From Coniocarpon cinnabarinum (taxonomy: Eukaryota): a DNA stretch of 64,000 nucleotides. The stretch is taken from NCBI GenBank assembly GCA_051942205.1, contig JAVECO010000013.1:124001-188000 (forward strand), given 5' to 3'. How positions within the stretch are numbered: position 1 is the stretch's first letter; each line of letters starts with the position of its first letter. Below are positions 1 through 11,816 of the stretch, piece by piece. The translations under genes were made by a program, and so were the position numbers. The notes below the pieces were generated by a model that saw only the letters and a list, made by a program, of their open reading frames with translations, made no database searches and was not told the origin of the DNA.

Positions 1-2099
1 ACTATCTTTCAAGTCTAAACAGTGATCCTCTAAGCACGGACTCCGATATGGATAGGGGGTGAATCCATTTGATAACCAAATACTGCATAGAATGTTGAGT
101 CCGTGTTTTCGAAATGCGTAAGAGGTCATGATGCTGCTCATTTTCTTCAGCATCATCATTCTCAAGAATTCGAACACGAAAGAAACCACACCACGGCGCT
201 CATCCTTGCACAAAGGTATCTGCCCTTCTAAGCGTGGCACATTGCGATTAAACGCACCATGATTAATTGTATAATGAGAAAGGAAGGCGTGGAGTCCGCA
301 GGACTTTCGTGAATCCCTTAATTTGATAGGCGACCAGGTGATCATTATGAGTACTTCTCAGTAGTGGTATCGACCTACCTCTCTGCTGAAATCAATATGC
401 TATTTTTTCCAGATCAAACACGAGTAGTCCAAGCTAGCTTTTCTAGCTTTCAGAGTCCCATTCTCACGTTTTTCAGACAAATTGGCGAGTCAAGCCGATC
501 AAATTTATCGCAGTAATCGATCGCGCTCGAGGGGGCAATGATATGGCATTATTCTAGGTCAGAGAAAGTAGGCATTGCTCAGCTAACGAGCAATGCGTAT
601 TGACAAGTGGGTGCTGATGCTCAGTGGCGATCTCGTGCGATTCTTTATCGCTGTTAGACGTGAATGTTGGATACTACCCGGATCGTGTTTGTGTTATGAC
701 TACTCATCATGAGTTTCAGGAATCCCCACCTAAAGTCCGAGTCTGTCCCTGCGTTGCAATGGCTGGAAGCTGTGCATCAACTAGCCTTTCTGGTCGGATG
801 TTATACGTGACTGTATTCATCATTCGTACAGTAGACGTGTCAAAACGGTATCTGATATTTGTTTAATGATGCAGTCACATGATCAAGATGAGGTCAGCTT
901 GTGTGTCTTTGATACAAAAACAGAGTCGCAATCGTAGCACTCTCAATCCCTTACGTAATACTATAAGCTGCTTTAACGAGGCATTCTCGATTATAAGGGG
1001 CCAGAGTGGGAACATCTCTAAAAATTGCAAAGCATAAACGCTTCGTCGATGGGATGAAAGTGCGGAATGCTGCAAGAAAAGACGACAGTGATGCTCAGCA
1101 ACACTCCTACAAATTTCTGTTATCAGAAACGGTATCAAGGTTTGTGTATCACCAAAGTAAATGGGCTTTTACGACCGCACCTTTCTGAACAGTAGCTTTC
1201 CCCTCGGTGTCATCTAGGAACATCTTACACTTCGGAAGCCTGATTCCAGATTGATTGAAGATTCGTTGCGCTTTCAGCTGTTTTATTGATAAAAGGTCAA
1301 CAATCATTGACATGAATGTGACACCTCTACACAGCTGTACCCGCTCGATTAGCCAGAAGAATCAAATAAATAGCTCTCTAGACGCGAGCAACGTGTCCTG
1401 CAAGGCATCAGAACAGTAGTCACGTTTCAATCAACAAAGCCGAGGGGCAAAAAAGAACCGTCGCTCGAACTCGCAAGGCGAAGAACGATCTAAGAATTAG
1501 ACGTTGCAAAATCATCATTTCAAGGTGATAACAAGCTTCACCGCGAGAATAATGGTCGTATTCTCCTCTTGGACATGACATCTTGATGATCATTTCTGAT
1601 GAATCTCTCAAGCTAGCACGGTCTGCCCCTAACACATTTTCTTTCGTCTTCTCGAAGCTCGCACAATCTTTGAAGATGTCAATCTTCACTGAGCTCGATA
1701 TAAATACTCACCCGACATCACGGAAGCGTACGAGGCAGCGTGAAGTCTTCGTCCAGGGGCAAGCATGTTAGAGCCGTCTAATCACGTCACGACCTTACGT
1801 ATACTATCATTATCATTATCATTATTATTGAGTTCAGAGCATGATGATGCTCCTCAATGCACAAATACTTGCACTCGCGATTTTTAGACATCAATACGAT
1901 GACACACAACGAGAACGAAGATAAGGAGACCTTGACGCTTGCATACCCCCCCTTCTTGGGCAAACTTATCTTCGCACACCAACCTGAACCCACGATCTCA
2001 ATCATCCATTTATCAGAACCAAAGAAATAGCTTACAAGGTATTATAGAATAGAAAAGTCACACATGGTCCACAAACAAAGGGGCATCATCTTACAGTAT

Positions 2100-2900
2100 C
2101 AGACTCACAGCTACGCAACACTCTGCACCGGTGTTGACATCGTCATTGGAGGTCCAGAGCATGATGACGGTCATCGCTGCAGTCACTTGCTCTTGAAACC
2201 GAAAGCTTACTCTTCTTAATGTTGTCGTGATCCTCTCGTTCTAGCTCCCTCTGCGATGGCATCTTTTCAAGCATGGTCAACCTCGCTCGATCTCTTCACA
2301 AGAAAGGAAGTCATTCCTTCTCCTCAACGACAAGTCTCTTCAACCAAGTGAGAGATTAAAGAATTGAGCGTTGCTTCTTTTCATTAGTTCTGGTATCAGT
2401 GCAGATACTCGCCTCTCAATTCACTAGGGGCAAGTTCCAGGCCATCAACTCGGTACCTCAAATCTCTGCCCATACCGCATTAGCATTGTTGTAAGAACGC
2501 TCAAGCATTCTGATAATCATCAACATCACGATGCCATGTTCTAAGTTCTAATGCAAAGACGTTGACTAAAGGTCACAAAGCCGTAGCCTGTCGTGAACGC
2601 TACTAGGGGATGTCTTCCACCCCTCCAAGGCTTTCGAGACTCACTCAGTTGTCTCTGGTGTTGTTCAGTGCTGTACAGCAGGAGGCATTGGCAGCTGCTC
2701 TTGTAGTGAGAGCTCGTTTAGTTGCTCGATGATGATCGAATCATCGAAGCGGTCATTGGCAGCATGTGAAATCAGTCAAAGCATCACGTGATTTTAGATC
2801 CACTGACAGCAACCCTGCACGTGGAAGCTCTATCCAAAGCAGTGTGAAATTGGAAAGGCCGCGGTCAAAAGAAAGAGGAACATGAAGAAAAATCGATTTC
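2100..2900 (-). pseudogene. Degenerate coding relic, possibly the C-terminal part of a Fot1/pogo-type transposase
   Basis: One minus-strand frame reads RFDDSIIIEQLNELSLQEQLPMPPAVQH*TTPETTE*VSKALEGWKTSPSSVHDRLR... and continues for about 600 nt with scattered TGA/TAG/TAA stops, which could come from C>T changes in CGA/CAG/CAA. It loosely resembles the PFDPxxVLxxL...TPxT segment that follows the DDE domain in fungal pogo elements. No terminal inverted repeats seen. Confidence 0.25.
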
Positions 2901-3018
2901 AAACGCGAAATCGCGTCGGAATGGCCATCAAGGCCTTTTGTATTCATTTCATAATGGGTCTTCTCAGAGACAAAGAACAGAAGCGACCTCAATCAGTGAG
3001 ATCAGTCATATCATACAT

Positions 3019-4420
<1,402 letters not shown>

Positions 4421-4904
4421 CTATGAGGCGTTGAAACGAGCGGCAGGCGGGCTTTGTTCAGCAAGAAAGAGAAAGAGTGTGTGCCTTTGAAGTCGTCAAG
4501 GCGGACGAGCGAATGAGCGACGAGAAACGAAGTTTTTGGAAAAAGAGTGACAGACTTGCTGAGATCAGGAAGCACAGCTTCAACGCGATGGAGAGAGAGG
4601 TCGTCGGGAAAAGAGAAAGGCAAAGAAGCGACGCTCAGTGTGATATATTTCAGAGAAGTAGGAGGCCTCGCAATCTGTTGACAAGCTACCCCACACAGTT
4701 TAGGCCCGTTTGAGTAAACGCGCCATGTTTCATCTCCTGGAATCTGCACACGCCGGCTGCAACGTACCTGATTCGCTTGGCCGAGTCTGCGATGCGGCGT
4801 TGGCTGACCGGGGGCGGCGGAGGTGCCGCCGAACGCCGCAGAGGCCGCGAACAGAGTACTCCGTATGTGACATGAGAAGGAGATTACGCGATACGCGAGA
4901 GCCA

Positions 4905-4914
4905 GTGGGGCTAA
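4905..4914 (+). promoter_or_regulatory. Overlapping CreA-type (GTGGGG, SYGGRG) and XlnR-type (GGCTAA) sites upstream of the xylanase
   Basis: GTGGGGCTAA lies about 525 nt upstream of the xylanase ATG. Both hexamers match known consensus sites, but short motifs occur by chance. Confidence 0.3.
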
Positions 4915-5180
4915 TCCTCAACGGTGGGGAGGCAGAGGGCAGGAGGCGCAGAAGGGCGACACGTTGCTGATCGTGACAGGACGATGAAACACAGCGCCGT
5001 GACCGATGCGATCTGGCCGACAGGATCATTTAACGTCAAACACCAATGACCATGGGTGGATCATCATGCATGTGCAGGGGGAAGAAAAGATGGACGTTCC
5101 ATTGTTCGCGAAGACTCCGAGTGGAGCCCCTGGATGCCTTGATTCCTGGGCTACCGGATAGTCATGTGACCGATTGATTA

Positions 5181-5573
5181 CTAACCAGGCCTCCAACACG
5201 CAACCTTTCCATCATGTCCAAAAAGATCCTTCTTCTTACATGCTCGGTTGTCAGGGCATGTCGAATTCCACTCCCACTGACCGTGGCAAACGACCTATGC
5301 AGATTATGTCAGCCGTGTCCAATCCATTCGTTGGTATTCACGATACATGCACAGACATGACCGCCGAAAGGTCGTGCTTGTCACGCCTGAATAGAAAAAG
5401 ATGTGGTCGCTTACAATAGAGTTCGAGTTATCATCGCAGCAAAAGTCACCGTCGTTGTCGCATTGCGATCCGATCGAACCATAGCCGTCGTGACATGCCT
5501 TGTTCAGTTTCGCTTGGATAAGCGTGGCCGTGAAGGGGACACCGAGCACCAAAAAAGCCGTAATGAAACGCAT
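5181..5573 (-). CDS. Small secreted 8-Cys protein A (90 aa; exons 5573-5415 and 5294-5181)
   Basis: Signal peptide; GTAAGC donor, GCTGAC branch, TAG acceptor. Spliced product MRFITAFLVLGVPFTATLIQAKLNKACHDGYGSIGSQCDNDGDFCCDDNSNSIVVCHGQWEWNSTCPDNRACKKKDLFGHDGKVACWRPG. Confidence 0.88.
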
Positions 5574-8102
5574 ATTGATCAGTGGCTGGACGGTATGCTA
5601 CCGAGTATACACAATAGGGAGGTCTCAACCGTCTAGAGTGCTGAATAGTGCGGTCGAGCGCCGTAGAAAAAGGTATAGTATTGATGCTCGCGGCCTGCGT
5701 GAGCGCTTCGAAGAGAAGTGGAAGTATGCGTTGAATGTTTTGTTGATTTAAATAGACCACTGAGAGTAGATCGTGAGAGCTATGGAAGCAGCAGCAGCGA
5801 GGTCAATAAATAATCAGTACCGTAGGCCTAGATGTCCATGAAGACAAAGCAAACAGGCAGAGCCGTTCTTTGTCTGGCGCTTGGACAACCGGGCGAAAGC
5901 ATCCAGCGCCACCGCCGTCTTCACCGGAGTCGCTGTGAGCCGAGAAGGCAAATTAGACAACGAAGCGGCCAGTACCATCCTTCCTAGAACAAGCCTGCGT
6001 CTGGGCGGCGTTACCAGTGCCGCCTTTCTTCCCTGCTGTGGTTACCGCAGGCTGAGGTGCAAAACGGGCAACGCAAACACTAGAAGACTCAGCTCGTGCG
6101 CAAGTTAGCCACGCCGCCACTTCTCCCGGCCGAAGCCATTGCAAGCCGAGGTGGCAAATGAGCAGGGTTAAAAGTCAATGCAAACATTCCCAAGACACAA
6201 GAGCGTCTAAGCGGAAGCTTCCATTGCCCTTACCTTTGCCCCTAGAGCCACTGGAAAAGTAGGCCGTCCCGAGCCATGTCGCCATCGAGAGGACCCGTAC
6301 AGCGATCCGAAACATGACTACAACCCGCACATGACCATGCAATGTCACTGCGAATACTGTCTTACCGTGAAGGCGTGATGGTGACAAACGTGACCGAGGA
6401 GTCATTCCTGAATTGTGAGCATGTGATCGCCACTGCAAGTCGTGTTCTCAGGCGAAGTATCACGCATAGCATTGGTAAAGGTCTTGTAACGCCTTAATCA
6501 ACTATTTGAATCTCAACTGGGAACGGAAAGGAAGCTGATGACAGGTGATCGTGTATCCACGCCTCAAGGCGTGCCACATGACATGATTGCAACAGTGAGT
6601 CACAAAGGCGGAAAAGCAGCAGCTAACGGAGACTAGTTCGCAACACTTCCAGGTATGTTTGATTCTAATATCCGCAGTCGACAAATGAGCATTGATGCTT
6701 ATTTCCCTCCGTTCCACCCTCAACCCCCAATCTTCCGCTATGCATCGGGCCCAAAACGCACGACTGTCTCCACACAATTAGGTATGATTCGCAGATTGCT
6801 CCAAAAGCGCCTCGATCGTCATCGTTCGCTGAAAAATGCAGTTAGTATCAGACTGCCTTATTTATGCAGGACGAACAATACTCACGGTCGCATTGCCTTC
6901 TTATCGTTTTTGACTGACCTCGTCCCTTTTTTCGCCTTCGTCCGCTTCGCGGCTTTGAGGGCATGCGTCTTCCAGATAGAGGACGGTACAAAATAGGCGC
7001 AGGCCATGACGACAAGCGCTGCGCGGAATCCCATGACAGTAAAATGTTGTTGAAGGGCTCGCTTCGGTCGGATGAAAACGCTGCAAGGGGCGCGAAGGGA
7101 CTCCGGTACGAAAGCGATGCGGCGAGCGGGAAGCCAAGGGCAGAGACTTGATCAGTTGCGACCGGCGCCAAATTCTCAAGGCGTTGGAATTGAATCTCGG
7201 GACTGTGAAAAGGACAGAGGACATGGAGTAAAAGGCATCGGGTAAGCCAAAGGCAAGTTCATTAAGTAGCAGAGATAGATTGCTGACCCGCAGGCTCGGC
7301 CAACGAAGCCTGTCACTTCCTGAGATATGAGTGTCTGACCGAGATATACCAGTATTGCCCATCACATCACCGTAAACAAGCATCCGTCCGAGCTATACCA
7401 CCTCTTTCCGTTCATGACGATAGACGAGCGCCAAATTGCGTCGATGCCCGCCGTCATCGATCTTTCCTGCTGAAACTTGTGCATCATCCATATCTCCAGC
7501 TGACTTCGCTGCCTCAGCCGGAATCAGAGCCGCTGCAAGCCGAACCGTCGCGAGCCACGTCGCCTGATCAGCTGACACGCAAGCTTTTGAAGCAATGCTG
7601 CATGCTGCATTCAAATCAGCAATTTCACCGATCCAGTGATTCTGGCCAAGGATCAAAACAGTGTGTGTCATATGAAAGTGGTTTTTATTGTAAAAGCAGG
7701 TGAACGATGCGTCCGACGTTCGTGTTTCCTGTCACGGTACAGATCATACGACAACACCGGATTGATGTATAGGGCATTGCTGGACAAATTTCTGTGATGC
7801 GAAAACGGTGTCTCATAGATGATTCATGTACACGTGTACTTCAGCGTCTTTTGCATATTGGAAACCATACGCCGCTACACGCCTGACCAGCAGCTCAAAC
7901 ACCTACTACCGATTCTGAACGTACTACGACATGCTCACCGATCTATTAGGAATGAGTCTTGACGACGACGTATTCATCAACCTGTCCAAAAGATATGGAG
8001 AACTATACACGTCAGTACAGCAGAGTGCACTGCGCAGATCCCACTCTCTCTCAGGTGTTGAAGAGCCACGATTGACGTCCAGCGGCGAACATCCATTCAC
8101 CA

Positions 8103-8499
8103 CTACCAACATCCCATCTTCCCCTTATGCGGCCAATGCGCCTTGCCCTCACACGCCTGGTGAGACCCGCAATTCTGATGTGTTCCCCAGGTCTTCGCAT
8201 CTCCATTGAGGTAACATTTCATCTACAGAACAAGAAAACTCATCAGCCTGATAATTACTGCCTCCATGCTTGTAGTGTTCCCATCGGTGCGTCGCTTCCA
8301 TCCAACTGTGTTGGGGTTCGATGGGCGGACGGGATACAAATATAGGGAGACTTACGAGCGTGGTGTTATCGCCGCAGCATTTCTGTCCGACGTTTTCGCA
8401 ATCGCCTCCTTCGGAGATGGTATCGGGACAAGGCTCACTGGCTTGAACGAGGGTGAGGAAAGGCAAAGCCAACATGACGAGAGCTGAGAAATATCGCAT
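8103..8499 (-). CDS. Small secreted 8-Cys protein B, paralog of A (87 aa; exons 8499-8356 and 8222-8103)
   Basis: Signal peptide; GTAAGT donor, GCTGAT branch, TAG acceptor. Spliced product MRYFSALVMLALPFLTLVQASEPCPDTISEGGDCENVGQKCCGDNTTLMKCYLNGDAKTWGTHQNCGSHQACEGKAHWPHKGKMGCW. Same Cys order and intron position as A. Confidence 0.88.
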
Positions 8500-8947
8500 C
8501 CTTTGAACGTATCGCTGAGACTGACTTGATGATTCAGTGAATAAGCAAGCGTAATCAAGTCGCGACCCGCGCTTTTAGATAACTGAGAAACAAGTAGTCA
8601 AGATGATTGAGTGATTGGAACGAAGATGTCGTAGGATCACAGTAGAAGCAGCAGTCCTTTAATAGCAAAACGCCTCGTCTAAAGTCAAAGAACGTCACAC
8701 TGGGAGTCTCCAGCCGAGTTGAGCCTTCCATTTCCGTCACTTCTCCAAATACACGCGCATCTACGCGTCAAAGTCCTCGCTTCCAAACGGAATCAGAAGA
8801 ATCACTTGTCATGACGTGACGTGATCCACGGCTTTGTGAAGCGGTGAGGCGCAGAGACGAAGAAGCGTCTCGCTCTGTGATATCCGCTGCTATTCTCACG
8901 GCATTGGACCATAACATATCAGACCGTCCATTTGCACTCGTCATCTA

Positions 8948-9136
8948 CATCATCTGTCTACATCATCTGTCTACATCATCTGTCTACATCATCTGTCTAC
9001 ATCATCTGTCTACATCATCTGTCTACCTCATCTTTCTACCTCATCTTTCTACCTCATCTTTCTACCTCATCTTTCTACCTCATCATTCTACCTCATCTTT
9101 CTACCTCATCTTTCTACATCTTTCTACATAATTCTA
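8948..9136. repeat. 13-bp minisatellite
   Basis: Six copies of CATCATCTGTCTA (8948-9025), then seven copies of CCTCATCTTTCTA (one variant CCTCATCATTCTA; 9026-9116), then two truncated 10-mers. Confidence 0.95.
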
Positions 9137-9764
9137 CATCATCATTCCAGTGAGACGAGTCAGGAATCAGCGCACCCTCACACCTCTTTACCCCCGTCAT
9201 CAATATAGCGGTGCGTCGCCTCTGCGATGGCTCCGCGGGCTACTGCCACTGCCACTGCCATCGCCAGTCGAGCGAAGAGAGTCACGCTCCTACATTCGTC
9301 AAGTATCACGCTACACAGAAATGTCGTCAATCTCAGTACTCCAACGAGACGTGAATAGTTCACGCATCGCAGGATGCAAGGTCAGTCCTGCGCATGATCG
9401 CCATGTTAGGCTCGTTCACGAAGTGGTCTCGATCGCTACACGTTGAGGTAGAGTTAGAGTTAGAACTCGTGGAAGGGAAATTGTAGCATTCTCGACAGAG
9501 TGAGTAAATGGGGTATCTAGAAGGTAAAGCAAAAGGCTATGTAAAGGTCATTAGTGCAGGCATGAACGAACAACAGCGCAAAAGAAATTCCACGTCATCC
9601 AGCCCCACTGCCATCAGCATCACGAGAAGCCACATGCAACCCACTCTACTTTTTGATGCCCTTTGCTTGGACCGAAAGCACTTGAACACGCCACACATGT
9701 CGCTTGCTCTGCGATTAGTCTTATCGAGCCGACCAGCCTGCGACAACAAGCGCGCCACAGCCCG

Positions 9765-11025
9765 TTAGGCAAAAGCAGGATGCTCCCTCTCCTCCCTGTA
9801 ATAAGCCTTGGGCACTTTGCGAGGGAGATGATACGCCATCGCCGCTGTCTTCTCCGTGTCTTTGAATAGTGTCGCAGGTCGATGCTGCGTCGCGGCGGCA
9901 GTGTCATCGTATTCAACGCGGTGCTTTTCGAGGCGCAAAGCCTTGGCGCGAAGGCGGAAGCCGGTGAAGCGGCGGGGAATGTATTGGCCTGGGTGGAAGA
10001 CGAGGAGGAGGATGACGGATGCTGATCAAGTTGTTAGTTGATTGTGACAGTGGTAATGACGGTGATGACGTGGCGAAATGGTATTAGGTTTGAGTTACCT
10101 AGCATGGGAATGGCATCAAAGACGCAGTAGGTCCATTCGTGATTCAAAAGGTATGCAGATACGTCGTCCTGAGACGTCTTGGCAAGTGCAAACGTCTCAA
10201 TCATGTTGAAGATGGTCCGAAGCTTGGTCGTGTCAGCGATCAGTTGCCAGTCTGGAGTGCTACAACATACCAAGATCAGGGCATTCGCCGCAATTATCGC
10301 ATACAGCAGTCTCTGCCACTGCGATCGCACATTCGGCTCCACCTTCCATATTGTCAAGGCATTCCATCGCTTGCCCTTGACTGCGAAAATCGTACAGACG
10401 GCAAGGAAGAGGATGATAATGGCAGCTTGAACGACGAGACCGAAAGCCAGTGTGTTTGATGTCGTTTGCTTGTCAGAGTCGTCGTCGTTCTTCCCTAGGT
10501 AAGTCGCGGAGCCCAGGATCTCAATGACCAAAGCGAAGAAGTCTAAAGCGACGAAGATGATCCCAATGAACCGTGGTGGAAGGCCTGTGAGGTGCCAATC
10601 AAGGCGCGAATGCGGCGTGATGAACCAAATAAGTCGACTCAGGACCATATGAACGCCTGCTACTATGATGGAAGGAGCCCAGCTGCAAACAGTCAGTCAT
10701 CTCCATCCCACGGGCTGAACTTGAGGTCGTTAATACCACGCAGCCACAAAGCCAGCAGCCACTTCCTCGCCGGCAGGCATCCTCAAAAACATAGCAAGCA
10801 GCTGCACGCAGAGCCCGATCATCAAGAAGGTGAAGAAAAAGCACCGGTGTTTGAAGTAGAAGAAGATGTGCGATATCAATACGCCGAGAAACAAGATCAA
10901 TCCGGTGACAGCGACGGCGGTGCTGGGTTTGTAGCCACAAGGCCACTCAGCATCTGCTGTTGTTGTTTTTCAGCATTGTCATGAACATCTGCAAGCAAAT
11001 CCGACTTCAATATCGTACCAGACAT
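9765..11025 (-). CDS. RTA1-family multi-pass membrane protein (probably 5 exons)
   Basis: Spliced translation gives GYKPSTAVAV, WAPSIIVAGVHMVLSRL, IFVALDFFALVIEILG, LRTIF, HEWTYCVFDAIPM and FHPGQY, which match RTA1-like family motifs, with several hydrophobic helices. The start is inferred from a short first exon. Confidence 0.85.
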
Positions 11026-11816
11026 CTTCCTCCTGGGTCCTTCTGATCCTTGAGTCCAGCTCAATCATCACCACCGAAAAAAACAATACACACCGTCACT
11101 GCTGAGACCAGCTCAAACAGAGAGTCAAAACGCCAGATGGAACTGAAAAGAAGCAGTGAAAGCAAAACAAATCAAGAACGAAAACAAAGCATGCTGAGGA
11201 AACAAACAGCAGGAGCATCCCAGGAGCACAAGGGCTTGGCTGTATATTGCGGCATAGCGTAAACAGGAGACTTGCTAGCCGCTGGCGGGATAATGCTTGA
11301 AACAGACCAGCTTAACCACGCCTTACTCATCAAGCAAGGTCTTAAGGCTTCAGCGATGGTGGATTGACAGTGTCCAATGGCGCTGGGTATGGACGCGTTG
11401 TAAGCGCCGGGATCAACAAGTGAGGTGCAGCACAGCGGCTACGTGAGACAGGATCGGTACAAGATCATTCGAGGATGCGATGTTTACATGCTTAAAAGAG
11501 TCATTGCTCTTGCATGGCATTGTAGCAGCATATCAGCTGCCACGATGGTGTGTGTCAAGAGCAGAGTTGGTTGGGTTGGTTGTCAGAGAAGTTGTTGGCG
11601 AGACTTGGCTTCAGCTGTGCCTGGTCACGTGCTGCATGCCAACTAGTAATTTCGGGCATTACTTTTTCCGAGTGAGCTGAGAAGTCTCAATGACAGAGGA
11701 TTCGTAGCTGCCTAATAATAAGGCCACATTGGTGTGAGTTATCTCACTGTCTTCTATCGGATACTGACAGTGCTTCAGCACTCAACATCCCTTTTGCTCT
11801 GTCTGCATTCCTCCGT

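Noticed and set aside
6150..6158. Exact Rpn4/PACE motif GGTGGCAAA
   Set aside because: A single short match that is not next to a proteostasis gene; chance is likely.
6500..7900. Short ORFs between secreted proteins A and B as a third paralog
   Set aside because: No signal peptide plus Cys scaffold was found in the frames I read.
5181..8499. Calling the 8-Cys proteins hydrophobins
   Set aside because: Hydrophobins have C-CC-C-C-CC-C with two CC pairs; these have one CC pair and a polar composition.
8844..9153. ORFs 8844-9131 and 8932-9153, and a CRISPR-like look of the repeat
   Set aside because: The ORFs are translations of the 13-bp minisatellite. Units are contiguous without unique spacers and the DNA is eukaryotic.
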